Below are positions 1 to 12,200 of a stretch of DNA of 64,000 nucleotides, in pieces. Under the pieces are notes generated by a model. That model was not told the origin of the DNA. It ran no database searches and worked only from the letters and a program-made list of their open reading frames with translations. The stretch lies in contig MU004196.1 in the NCBI GenBank assembly GCA_010093605.1, forward strand, positions 208,606 to 272,605. The letters are read 5' to 3'. A program made the position numbers and the translations under genes. Positions within the stretch are counted from its first letter, which is position 1, and each line of letters begins with the position of its first letter. The DNA is from Lophium mytilinum (Eukaryota).

Positions 1-122
1 GGCTCGACGCGCGTGGGGAGGGCGATGCGTTTGCCTGGGGGTTGTTAGGGACGGGGTATTGGAGAGAGGGGAGGGGAGGGAAGAGTACCTGGGGCGGTTT
101 GGAGGAGAGGTTGGGTGGACAT
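1..122 (-). CDS. VTC1: Vacuolar transporter chaperone 1, 5' part (runs off window edge)
   Basis: Spliced reading MSTQPLLQTAPG/KRIALPTRVEP (exons 122-89 and 34-<1, GT..CTAAC..CAG intron) matches the Vtc1 N-terminus as I recall it. Confidence 0.85.
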
Positions 123-498
123 GGTGGGGATTTGTGGCTTTGGAGATGGTAAAAAGGTTGGTTTGGGGCCTCAATGGGTAGGATAGTTGTTTGAGGCAAT
201 ATTTATGAGGCTTGGGGAGCTCGACAAGGAGTTTGAGGTGAATATCTGGATGTTCTGATGACAGAGAAAAGAAAGAAGCACGGCAAAGGTCTGCGATCCA
301 TCGAGGGCTCTCGTCCGCCCACGTGCTCGGCAGCCAATCGCTAGAACCCCCGCCCAAAACCGGCGATCTCCAGGGCTCACCCTTCACTAATGCCAAACAC
401 AACAACACCACTACTCAAAGCCCCAAACATCACCATTGGCACGCCCTCGCAACCCTATTAGCTCCTTAGACTCCTAACTTTACGCGATCGAGCCCATC

Positions 499-1162
499 AT
501 GACTTCGGTATGGCTGGACTCTGGCTAAAGCGCATGTTTCCGAATGCTAATGTAAGCTCCCACAGCCTGTTTCGACGACCCGGCTGCAGCAAATCGCAAC
601 AGACGTATGTACATCCACTTCCCACTTATATGTTCGAAGAAGCTGATTGGGCTCTCAGGCATGCGAAAGCGCCATCGGCAATTCAGAGAGCTACAACCAT
701 AGCAGTGTCGCAGCTTGGAATACCGAGATCATCGTACGTTCACCGCATCACACGAGCACCCCGACTACACCTCCCAACCGCCTCATATCCTCAACACCGC
801 CTTCCGCTCTCTATTGCTAGCATTATCTCGCCATTTCCGTCAATCCCCGCATCACTCATACTCGAAGTTTTAGTACTAACAATTCCCAGAACAGCGTGCT
901 GAAAGCCCTCATCTCCGAAACCACATCCACCACCACCTCGCAACCCCCCTTCAAGTACGCCGTCAACAGCACCATCATCCAGCACATCACGCCCAGCCCT
1001 GGCGCCGCAGGCGAGAGCGGCAGCACCGGCCGGCGGGGCATGCACAGCGCCATGGGCGCGTACTGGAACAACGACCGGGACGGCATGTGGAGCTGGAAGT
1101 ACGACGGCGGGGAGAAGAAGGGCATGGATATTGTGGTCAGCATTATGTGGGTGGCGGTATAA
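499..1162 (+). CDS. Tctex-1 family dynein light chain (4 exons)
   Basis: Spliced MTS/PVSTTRLQQIATD/ACESAIGNSESYNHSSVAAWNTEII/NSVLKALIS...FKYAVNSTIIQH...GMHSAMGAYWNNDRDGMWSWKY; three canonical GT-AG introns. Confidence 0.85.
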
Positions 1163-1576
1163 GCGCGTGGCGTGTGTATAACAAAGGGGGACGTGTGCTG
1201 GAGTATTAGTATCCTAGGGGGTGGAGCCGTGTGGTTGAGAGAGGTGAACAAAAATCGGAGGAGCGGACTGCGATGGTTGAGGCCTTGGGTGCTGCTGAGA
1301 CCGGTCGGTTGCGTGTTGCATCTGCTGGCGGTGCTTGGAGTCTGTCTCTTCTTCTTCGTTGGTGTGTGACTTCTTGCGACTTGGCGGTGAGGGAAATCCG
1401 AAATCGTAACTTTTCTCTTTGATTCTTGATCGGGCTGTGATGTTCTGGTATTCCGAATGTGTAAAGTCCAAGCTGTTGAGAGATAGGCCTCAAGGTTCGA
1501 CGTTGCCAAGACAAGATATACTTCCAAAAGGAAAAGGTGCTGGCGGGTGGCTGCAGGTGGACTTCGGGTAAAGACT

Positions 1577-1795
1577 TTTTCTTGTACCACCTCAGTATCG
1601 CATAAAGATCGAGCGCGCTCCGCTTCGCTTCCTTCTTCCTTATACATACTTTCCTGTACCGTAGCATCCCACCAAGGTCGAGCGCACTCCACTTCGCTTG
1701 CTTCTTCATTATACACATTTTCTTGTACCATCTAAGCATCCGGTAAAGATCGAGTGCACTCCACTTCGCTTTCTTCTTGATTGTACACATTTCCT
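1577..1795. repeat. Three degenerate tandem copies of a ~70-bp unit
   Basis: Recurring TTTC(T/C)TGTACC...TCGAG(C/T)GC(G/A)CTCC(G/A)CTTCGCTT.CTTCTT...TACA(T/C)A starting near 1577, 1650 and 1718. Confidence 0.85.
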
Positions 1796-1812
1796 CCGCA
1801 GTCCCTCACGAG

Positions 1813-2719
1813 ATGGCGTCGTCGACAGGAGCTATGAAGACCAGAGGGCCTTCGCCTATGTATGTTCTCGACAGGCATTACTATGATGAAAACTGGCTAA
1901 TAGAAGCGTAGAACGGTGGGGGGAAGGATCGTAAACCTCGTAAACCTGAAGGTGGGCTCGGAGGAGCGAATCTACCCCGTTAACGAGGATCTGCTCGCAT
2001 ATCACTCCGAATATTTCCGGGTCCTCTTCAAAGGCCCGTTTCGGGAAGCTAAGGAAAAGGTCTCTGCTTTGCCAGACATTCAGTGCCGAACCTTTGAGAT
2101 CTTCCGGGATTGGTTGTGTTCGGGCCGGTTTCCATGGGAAGGGAGCATGACCGGCTCAGTGCCAAATTTGTCTAAGCTTAGAGGGTACACCGCTGAGCTG
2201 GCCTTGTTGGCGGCCCACGAGCACAGGGCTGCGGAAGAAATAGCCTCAGACGACGACATGGAAAACGTTGAAGAGTACGCCCTTGACCTCTTCATTCTGG
2301 CCGATACCTACGACATTCCTAGACTTCGCCTTGACGCTCTAATTTCCTTTTTCATCGTCTTCGCGCAAGACTCTACGAAGACCCCATCATCGAACAGCAT
2401 TATGTTAGCCGTCGATTGTCTACCCGAGGGCTCGCCGATGCGTACCATCATTTCCGACTTGTTCTGCGTCCGCGTTATGGGAGCCGATCTTCCAAAAGAC
2501 TATTGCTTGAAACTCCCAGACGATTTCATGTTCGACGTCCTGAAGAAAATGAAGGACATGCTTTTGTATTCGCTGTATCCGCAAACCTCTACGTACCAGT
2601 CTTTCGTGGCGGGGCACGCAGAGGTCCGATACATTCCCTGGAGGAGGAAACCCATCAGACAAAATTCTCCAAGGATGCCACGACGGAAAAACCGCCGACC
2701 TCGCCTCAGGCCGAAATGA
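1813..2719 (+). CDS. BTB/POZ domain protein
   Basis: VNLKVG...LLAYHSEYFRVLFKGPFREA...LPDI...FEIFRDWL...LFILADTYDIPRLR; short first exon from ATG 1813 with intron 1860-1911. Confidence 0.75.
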
Positions 2720-3612
2720 TTTTATAATGATAGGTCAAAGGGTTTAGGTACACGACCATCCGACTGCTTGGGTCCTGGTATTGTTCGATCGATACCATTT
2801 TAGGGAGCGGTACACCTAGTAGGTAGCTAACTGCCAAAAGGCAGTCTTATTCCCACTGCTTCAGCCCTCATGACCTGTGTTGAGTCTCAGAGACATATGA
2901 GGGTACCCCAAACGGCAGTAAGTTTGTGCGAGGCCCTGCCACTTCAATCATTTGAGTTGCGAAAGGTGACAGTGGGCGAATGGAGTCACGCAAGTGGTAT
3001 AGTGGACCCAGCTCGTTTACACTCCTGCTTGAGACTTGTCAATTGAACGCAGCATTTAAATGCGACAGGTGACGAGCGTCGTGATAGTCCATTCTAGTCT
3101 TATCTCGGACTCAGGCAGGTGTTACTGACTGAACGCTTCTTACTAGCTTGAGCTCCTGTTGTCCAAGTGAGACGGTGTGTTTTTAGAAAGTCTTAGAGTG
3201 CCTAAGTGAATGTTTCTAAGTGCATCTACACATGTATGAACACTGGGCACTTGGTTAGATAGCTGGAGGCACCCTGGGCTGATGCTTTCAACAATTCCGA
3301 TATAGAAATTTGCGCACTCGAGATCGCGTTTGGAAACTAAGGGTTCTTCGAGGTCGGCCTGAACCGCACACTCTCTCTTCCTGTCTTCCTCTCAGCTCCA
3401 CTCCGTTTCACCTTCAACCTTCCACCCCATCTCGGCGAACTTTCTTCTTCCGTCTGATCAAGTACCGGATGGCTTGATGTGCCCCTCGCTGGCTGCAACT
3501 TCTCTGGCCCACCTCCGCTGTTTACGCGTCGACGCGCCTTTCATCGCCTGCCCAACACGACCTTGTCCGATCCACCTCACTTCCATCACCTCCTGGTGAA
3601 ACGGCAGCTCCA

Positions 3613-4696
3613 ATGTTACCTCCAGGCGGCTTTGGAAAGCCTCGTATGCAAACTGAAGGCGGCTTTAAGATGCCGCCGGCCCCATCTGCTCTCGGGCCTG
3701 ACCGGCGCAGTCTCACTTTCGGACAAGTTGCGCGCATGTCACCATCACCCGCTCCCACTCAGCCAACCCTCTCTATTGAAGCATCGAAGATGCCGGATGC
3801 GACGAGCGACTCAACCTCTGCCGAGGCGCAGAAGCCACAGCCGTCGGGAAAGCCAGACAAGGACAAGAATGAAGGATGCCCATCCTTCACGTAAGCTATC
3901 CAGCCTTGCGCTCGTACGCCACGTGTGGAAATAGTCTAAACAACAATCTAGGACAATGAGCGTGATGTTGGTGCAGGTGAAGGTCGGAGCAAAGGGACAA
4001 GGCTCTGGCTCACCGGTCGCCTACGGCGTCCACAGAGATCTCCTTGCGCACCATTCTGGACAATTTCGAGATCTCTTCATAAAGGGAGCTGAAACGGGTG
4101 ATGATGTGACGGTACTGTTACCGGACATCAGTACAAATACCTTCAATATGTTCCTAGACTGGCTTTACTTCAATCGCTTCCCGTGGGACCCGCGCGGAGA
4201 GCTGACGACAGCGATCGATAACCCGTCTCTGGAGATCGACCTCGTGGATCTCTATTACATGGGCGAGAAATACGACATCCCGAAGCTCCGTCGCGACGCT
4301 ATCAGCCGCTTCTTCCTTCACTTCGCCAAGAACAATCGCAAGTGCGTTGCCCTGCCCACGATCAAGCACGCGTTCCGGACCCGCAACCTTACTGTACTTT
4401 CGCCCATGCTTTCGCTCATCATTGACATCTTTTGCGGCCGCATGGGCGCCGCCGTACTCGACGACGCACTCCCGGAACTGTTCATGTTCCGAGTTCTACT
4501 CCAGCTCCAGCGGACAATGCCACCACAACGCGACTTCGATGGAGCGGCGAAATTGGGACACCACATCTGCAAGTACCACGAGCACAAGAACCTGTTCGAC
4601 AAGTGCGAATACGAAGGGACTCAGGCTCGACTTGATCCGTATAGGACTTTTGTTCGACTTCCAGCTTCTGATTCCGCAACCCGTGAAACTGCCTGA
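3613..4696 (+). CDS. BTB/POZ domain protein, paralog of 1813-2719
   Basis: VKVG...VHRDLLAHHSGQFRDLF...LPDIS..TFNMFLDWLY...LYYMGEKYDIPKLR...CKYHEH; phase-2 intron near 3891-3951 at the same relative position as in the paralog. Confidence 0.8.
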
Positions 4697-5532
4697 GCCA
4701 GGTAACCTCTTAAGTCTCGCGGTATTTCATTCGATGTTTCGAGAGCACAGAGAAACTTGGAAGCCTCTACTTGGGAGGACCCTGTGGGCTCGGATTTTGC
4801 GAGTGTGGGAGACACATGAGGGTTCTTTTCCTTTCTTAAGGTCATGGCGTCGATGTTTCTAGGGTTCATGTGCTGCAAAGGCTGCGCGTTTTGGAGGTTT
4901 ATGTGTCTCAAGACAAAGTGAACGAATTAATGTCTAAATGCCCTACTATGAGCTTGTGCAGTGACTCCTCATAGAAATACGTGAACTCATTTACCACTGC
5001 TTGAGGAGCCTTATAGTGTTTTCAGCATTCGGAACAAGAGACAAGTACGGCCTGTTGGACTACTAATAAACTCGCCAGGTTACTCCAGACAGTTACAACA
5101 TGGTCTATACAGATTAGAAGCGTATTTGCAGTCCCCGAGCCCCAGGAACACGTAAAACCCCTTTGGTCGATGGTAGGGAAGTATAGGGATATCTAAAGCA
5201 AAGGACTGTAAAGTTTAAATACTCAGCATGAGCTTGTATCTCCTTTTCCCTCCTCTATCTTCCCTTCTACTCACCTCCTATACCAATACCCCCTTCACGA
5301 GTCTTACCCTCAAGGTAGACATTCTCGCAAGCAACCCAACTGCACTGCTTCCTCTCACACCCCAGCTTCCATGGCTCAAGACCAATACAAAACCCTCGCG
5401 CTCTCCAAACCCTCCAAACTATCGCGAACGCACCTTCCTACTGCGGTCCGATCTAATCAACAGCTAGCTCCCTCCAGCATAGCACGCTGGACATGAGAAT
5501 AAGTAGCGCACTCGACCAGCATTCTGCCTTCC

Positions 5533-5663
5533 GTTACACCTGTCTACCGCTGTTTGGAGTGCTTCCATGCGCATTTCAGTAATATGAAGGAGATAATAAC
5601 TCTTAGCTCTTGGCTATATGGAACCTTGTTGAAGCACTCCAAGCAGTGACAGACAGGTGCAAC
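5533..5663. repeat. 33-bp inverted repeat (hairpin) with 65-nt spacer
   Basis: 5533-5565 GTTACACCTGTCTACCGCTGTTTGGAGTGCTTC versus the reverse complement of 5631-5663: 28/33 identical, all differences are transitions. Confidence 0.85.
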
Positions 5664-5699
5664 CTTTCCTAATCCCAGCATGTCCCAGCCCCAGCCCTC

Positions 5700-8092
5700 T
5701 CACCACATAAACCGCTGCACCCTCCCCGGCTCCTGCTTCCACTCAAACCCCTTGTACAAAAACATATACGCCGTCCCCACATTCACAACCACATGCCACA
5801 CCGTCTCCAGACACAGCCGGAGGTCATACCCCCGCCACAACTCAGCAGCGTCCCCCTTCAACCCGCCTGCCGGCTTCGACGCCCTCCCCTCTCCGCGACG
5901 TACACTATTGAGAGACTGCACTGGTTCCCGGCTTGGGCTCGAAGCCTGCTTACGTGGTTAGCTAAGCTACAGTATCGTTTATATAAAACATTATGTTGCA
6001 GTAGAAAGATGTCTGAGCCGGGCGTCCATGGACGGTGTTTCACGACGGTCTAAATCCCAGATGTCCGCCCGATTCTCCATGGTGGTAATTTGGAGTCGTG
6101 GAACGTGCCCGCGCGTCACATCCAACGGATAGGTCAAGAAAAGATATCGAAACGTCTTCATGGGACTCTCTTGCCATATTCGTGGACACATTTTTCATGT
6201 TGGCACCGTCCCCCCGCGGCACGACTATGAGGAAGTCGGCGCGTTTCGGATGGCGGTGCCGAAGGTGCAGGAGTTGAGGAGAGGCATGAGATGGCTTACT
6301 TTGTATTCCGAAGACAGTTGCAGCTGCGCAGCAGTCGAAAAACCCCCTGCGGAATTGCTGGGCACATGAAGCCGCCACATAACCCACGGAACGATGAAAT
6401 ACCGCGGCTCGACCAATGGCGCTGTGACGACCGAAAGCGTTGTAGTCGCTAGCCACACGATGACGAAGCTGGCTGGGCGGGACTGATCGCCCGCGGGCGC
6501 GGCGCGGCGGTTCACCTCCTTGCCGCGACGCAGGTTTGAGGCCTGCGCTTGGGTTGGGGGTTGGGATGGCGGGGAGGTGTCGAGGGCGTGGATGACGAGC
6601 CAGCCGCAGGAGTAATAGGCGGGGACGGCGAAGTATTTGAGTGCTGGGTGGAGGCGGAGGAGGCGGAGAACGTAGAAGACGTAGTGGCGGTTGTCGGCTA
6701 GTGTGAAGGGGTGGATGATGGTGTTGTAATTGACGGTCAGGGCTGCGAGCGCTATGGAGATGATGGCAACAAGGATTCGTGGTGCTTTGATGGAGGTTGG
6801 GATAGATAAGTGGGACTCTAGGAATGATCGGATCTTGCCTTGTGGAAGGCGATCACTCAAGGGGGTAAGGATGAGTGGGATGGTAAGTGGAAAGGAGAAG
6901 AAGAAGATGTATGGCCAGATGTAGAGCATCTGTGGGAAGTGCAGAGTTGCGACGTGGTTCGATTTGTCACCTGGTTATTTAGCAATTGCCCTGAAAGCGT
7001 AGTGGTATTAAGCATACCGAGGACCACCCCGCCGTTCCAGGCTACGAAGCCACCAAAGGCCCCCAATAGGGCTAAGTAGGGTACAATAACCTTCAAGAGG
7101 GACGGCAATCTTCCCACAGCTGCTAGGCCCGCAGAAATAATAACGAGGAGATAGTCTGTGAGAGTTTAGACAATTTGCTTTACTGAAGAATAGCAAGGTC
7201 AATTACCTTCTACTCCCGCCTGGCTCACAGGGCAGTCATATAGCGTGGAATGTGTCCAGCTATATTTCAAGACATCTAGTGGAGCCTTTTTCATACTCGC
7301 GTTACTTTCAGCAGATGCCTTTCCATCTTTGAGCCCCTCCAATACGGCCAGACCAGCAGGGAACACAGCAACCCAGAAGATGTTGGTCTGTCGAAAGAGT
7401 AATGCCGTGAGGCCTATGAGTATAGTTTGGACCGTAGATAGAAGCTGAGATGCTCCAGGCCGCCGTGACTGTAGGAGGGTCATGTAGCTCTCCAAGACAC
7501 ACAGCGTAGACACAACGTCTGTGTAATATAACGCAGAAAAGAAAAATAAAGGAGGAAAAAGGGCAATGTTCAAGGCCGAGTGAGCATCGAATGAAAAGCC
7601 CTGCAATCTCCTCCCACTCTGAAAATCGTTTCGGCTCGCTTCTTCCCCTCTTGCTTCACGAAGAAGCCGCACTATCCTGAAGGATGAGAGCAGTATTCCA
7701 CAAATCGCGGTAACATTGACAAGTCTTAGGATGTCTATATCGCAACGACCCGTGACGAGGTAGACTAGATAGGAAACGAGATATCTGACAGGGACATTAG
7801 ATGGGGAAATTGCTGTGTGAGAGGACAGATTTACAATCCCGGAGGTGTGGTGATTTTAGGATCCCATTGACTGAATGCACCAGTGCAGTAGACTTGTGCC
7901 TGTCGAACATGAAATACTTCGTCCTGTGAATTCATGTTAGATGTTGAAGTTGTATATAATGCTCCCCAGGGCACATACTAAATACGGATCAGGGACATTC
8001 GCAGACACTTTTCGCTGCCATACTGCGCTGGCCACCGCTATGCAAACCAAAGCTGTCCGCGACGCCCACAAATCGCTGTTGGAGAAGCTCAT
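5700..8092 (-). CDS. ALG10: Dol-P-Glc alpha-1,2-glucosyltransferase (ALG10/DIE2), multi-exon
   Basis: [75 protein letters not shown], last exon ending [24 protein letters not shown]. Confidence 0.92.
6007..6265 (-). ncRNA. Candidate intronic box H/ACA RNA in the last ALG10 intron
   Basis: 354-nt intron (6299-5946) holds a 5' hairpin (GGCACCG/CGGTGCC), then ACATGA (ANANNA, 6200-6195), further hairpins, and ACA plus 3 nt (6012-6007). Confidence 0.5.
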
Positions 8093-8203
8093 TTCATTGC
8101 TATGTTCGCGTGAAGTTGGAGATAGTCGAATTGCCGATGTATTAGTGGAGGTTGAGGTCAAGGTTTAGAATATATAGACCTCGAAAGCGCCTCGCTAAAC
8201 TCG

Positions 8204-8209
8204 ACGCGT
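8204..8209. promoter_or_regulatory. MCB-like element ACGCGT in the ALG10/PSF2 divergent promoter
   Basis: ACGCGT about 70 bp upstream of a DNA replication gene; short motif, so could be chance. Confidence 0.4.
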
Positions 8210-8274
8210 CCAAGGGTCCTTCACCACCACCACCGAACTCTCATGCCTCTCACCCTTCAACACTACTCACCACA

Positions 8275-9260
8275 ATGGCGCTCCCTCTCCCCGCAGGCCT
8301 CACGCCTCCCGAAATCGCCTTCCTCTGCGAAATGGAGCTCGTCACCGTGATCCCCCGACAACGGCTCGAAGGACTAGACTTGCTAGGCGTGAGTTGAACC
8401 CCTCCACCCACAGCGGAGCAAGGCACCGCACGCATTGTACGTCCCAATTAGCTCTCACAGACAGCCACAATGCCGCCCACACACAGCCACCACACATCCC
8501 TACTACCATACAAACTATCTAACGTACCCCTCCAGGGCCGCACACCCCCCTTAATACCTCCCCAACGCGCCAACCTCCCCCTCTGGCTCGCCCTCCTCCT
8601 CAAACGCCAACGCCGCGCCAACATCCTTCCCCCGCCCTGGCTGCACCCCTCCGCACTCCTCACAATCCTCGAGCTCGAGCACGCCGGGCAATCCGCGCCA
8701 CCACGACTCCCCCCTGCGCCCCCGGGCTCCCTCCCCATCTCGCCGCCCTTCCTGCCCTCCAGCACTGCCGCCGCGCCGCGCGACGCGCTGCCGTACCACT
8801 GGCTCGAGCTCGGAGAGATACTGTTAGAAGCCGCGAGCGACGACTTTGAGGACCCGGACGGGGTGCGGCGGCTAATGCGGGATCTACGGGAGGTCAGGAT
8901 GGCGAGCATGCGGAAGGGGGTGGGGATGTTTGACGCGCAGGGAGGGTTCAACATGACGGGGTTTGGGGGCATGGAGGTTGGGGAGGGGCGGGCGTTCATT
9001 GGCGGGGTCATTGATGGGTTGAGGTTAGTTCTTTGCGCGTGTTTCGTTGTTGCTGTGAGGAGGCATGGTGCGCGCGGTATGGTGAGGGGTTGTCGGAAGT
9101 GGGATGAGAAGCCATGTTAGTTTGTATCAGCGTACTGATTCATGCCTGCAGGAAGATCGGCGCAGCGCGCGAACGCAGCGGCGATGGCGACCAGGACGAT
9201 CAGGATAACGGGTTCCCGTCGACGGCTGACGACTACGACGACGACGAGATGGATATGTGA
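8275..9260 (+). CDS. PSF2: GINS complex subunit Psf2 (3 exons)
   Basis: [63 protein letters not shown]. Confidence 0.93.
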
Positions 9261-12200
9261 GAGCGGGCGGGTGTCACATGATGGCCATCGCTCGCGCGTG
9301 TGATCTGATATTGGGCTTTGAGGCTATCGACTAGAGCAGGGAGCACGATTCGTGGAAGAACCGTGAGTCGCGACAGAACTCCCGTGCTCGAGAGAGATCG
9401 TGGGGATTTACGACTCAGAGATCCGCGCTGCGTTGCGACATACCTCTGTGCTCATAGCGTAGGGCGATCTCGTGCTAGCCACGGCTTACGGTTTGTCTGA
9501 GGAGGTTGGTACTCGGCGACGAACAATGTCTGGCGCAGAGATTCGTGGGAGGAACCTCGCAACGGTGTATACGCGGCACGCTTTCAGAAGCTCGTCGGCA
9601 TCGCCGGCGAGACGCGGCTGTGAGACACGGCGATGAGACATGGCGGAGAGACTGTGGCATAATTTTGTATAGCGGCATCTCACGGGCCGCCCTCATCAAC
9701 CACGACTCAGTCACAACGGCAACAGCCCACGGCAAAGAATGAAGAGATAGATAGATACCAAACAAAACCAGCGCTGTGCTTGTCGCCCGCCTTACCTGCT
9801 ACCCAACCCCTCCGAATCAAAACCTCGTGAGCGGATGCCATGCAGCCGACGTCCCCCATCGCAAATCCCAAAACCACACCACAAGCGTCGTGCATTACCT
9901 ATTCCAGCGCCCAAGCAAATAGTCCGCAAACGATTTTAGACCCTTGTTGAGACCCTGCAGCCCGCCCCGCTACTAACATACATACTGTACATACCATATC
10001 CCAGCAACACCATCTACTGTTCGAGAAGGCCACTACGGTATCCTAGACAATATTAGTGTGGGCGGCGCGACTATCTATCTTACTACAATCGATCGCAAGG
10101 TCGATAATCGATAATCGTGACCATGAGTCGAGTTTTGCAACCACGACTCAGGTCGCGCCGTCGCCGGTTTGCGATTGCCCACACACCCCGCAATTGCGAG
10201 GTCCTCGGCTCGATGATGCTGCAATGTTCTGAGGTACGGAGCACCTGAGGCGGGCGCATGTGAAACCACTCCCGTCATGCGAGAACTCTCAAACAGCTCA
10301 CTTTCTCTGCGATCGCCTACATAACGTCTCGACTGCGATGAGGCGGGATGGGTCGTGACTCGCAAGCCGCCTCATCTGCTGCTTTCGCGTGCGGGCTGGC
10401 GCACGAGGGGATCGCGGTGAGGGTAGGTAGTGGTTTGCGCGTGGGATGGGAACGATGGGATATCGTGACCGAGGAGAAGTGAGGACTTCAACACCAAAGA
10501 CGGCCAAGCACGACCTCCGGCCATCCCATCCTATCCCCTTGCAACGGCCGTCTGGCTCAAGCAGGTCGCGTTGCGGGCCGCCCAGGATACCGGCCTGGCC
10601 CCTGTCCTGTTAAAACGGCAACGGCTTTCTGCTGTTCTCTTGGGTTAGTGGTTATCGATTGCGGTGCGGGTTCGCTGCAGTTGGATATTTTGCGGCTGGT
10701 CGCAGCGAACTCCGGGCCCGGATAGGATGGGTAGGGTAGGGGTAATTGGTATCCTGGTGTGTAGAGACCTGGGTGTGGGAGAGCAGCCCCCCTACAGTAC
10801 CTGGTTGCCCGGAAAGATTGGGATCAGCGTGCAGTTAACCGCAACATGGTTGCTTTCCCGTGACGAGGGGCGCATTGAAGAAAAGGGAGCTGGCGCGCTG
10901 GTAAGGGTTCTGCTCGGATTTTGATGAGTTTGAGGAAGCTGCGGGAGCTGGTGGCAACCGATGTCATCGCAGAATGCTTGAAGGATTCAAGACACGGCTG
11001 CAGGGTCCAGGAGTTGGGTTGCTGACACGAACGGAGGATCGTGCCCCCGGCCCGTGTTGGACCGATGGTTTGGAGCGGTGTCGGATGAAGAGAAGATGAA
11101 GCCGGTGAATGTTTTTTTGAGGGAGTTAAGATAGATGAGGTAGGAGAAGTGAAGATCTTACATCAGCCGATTGTGTGATTGCACGATAGATCAACAAGAA
11201 GACGCAATGTGCTTTAGGCTAGCTTCATGGAACTGGTCAAACGGGTCGAACGCATTGTGATCGAAGAGTAGTCAGAGATATCATACATACGCTTTTGATA
11301 AAAAGAGGGGACGAACCTTTGAAAGAGGGGACAGACCTCGGGGGTCCACATGGTGGTGTTTGAGAAACCTGAGGATCTGGAGACATGAGGAACTTACCGG
11401 CATATATGGGGTCAAGATCGTCGTTCCGAAACCAAGAATCGGCCCGCGGTCTATGCGGTCAAGGGGATTTTTCCAGGTCAGCTCGAATTTGGTGGTTGTT
11501 GATGTCCCGAACCCCAAACGTTCGGGCTCGAATCGCTGTTAGCATGCGCAAACCTTGATAACTTTGTTTTGTACCTGACAGGATTTTCTGCTGAAAATAG
11601 TGGATCATGTAGCCATCCCTTTAGTGAATCCCAAGTTTGGTCGACCTCGGCAGAACTGAGAGCGGTAAAGGGCGCTATCGTAGCCGTCTGCCTTTAGCAC
11701 CAAAGCTTGAGGTTTGGTGCCCTTCCAGTCGATGAAACTGCGACGTTTACTGAGCTAGAAAGTAGTTGAGTATAGCGGATCTACAAAGGATACGGCACGC
11801 TGTGGGCCGCGGGAACGTCTTCCAGTTGTGTCCGGTAGAACTACTGCTTCGCGCTACGGGGTATCCCCGAGAAGATCACGAACTGAAGTAGGGTAAGCTT
11901 CTGGAGTAGTCCTAGGCTAACATGCCCGCATCAGGACATTGACGCTAGAGATCAGGCCAGAACAGTGATGCACAACAGGGCCGAATCGTGATTCTGACGG
12001 TTCCTGACGACAGGTTGTGAGGTGAACATGGATGCTGTTTGGCACTTGGTGTGTTGTGATGGGGTAGTGGGGCTGTCTTGGGATCGACAAGAGCAAAACA
12101 ACGTCACTTCTCAGAGTCCTGCCGCCCTTATTTCGACTTGTCGTATGGCAGAGCGAATCCGGTGCAGCCGGAAACTGGAATGCGCATGAATTCAGCCATA

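Noticed and set aside
11300..11610. Minus-strand splice-like signals (GTAC..GCTAACAG, GTAAGT)
   Set aside because: The implied introns are very short and no frame gives a credible protein.
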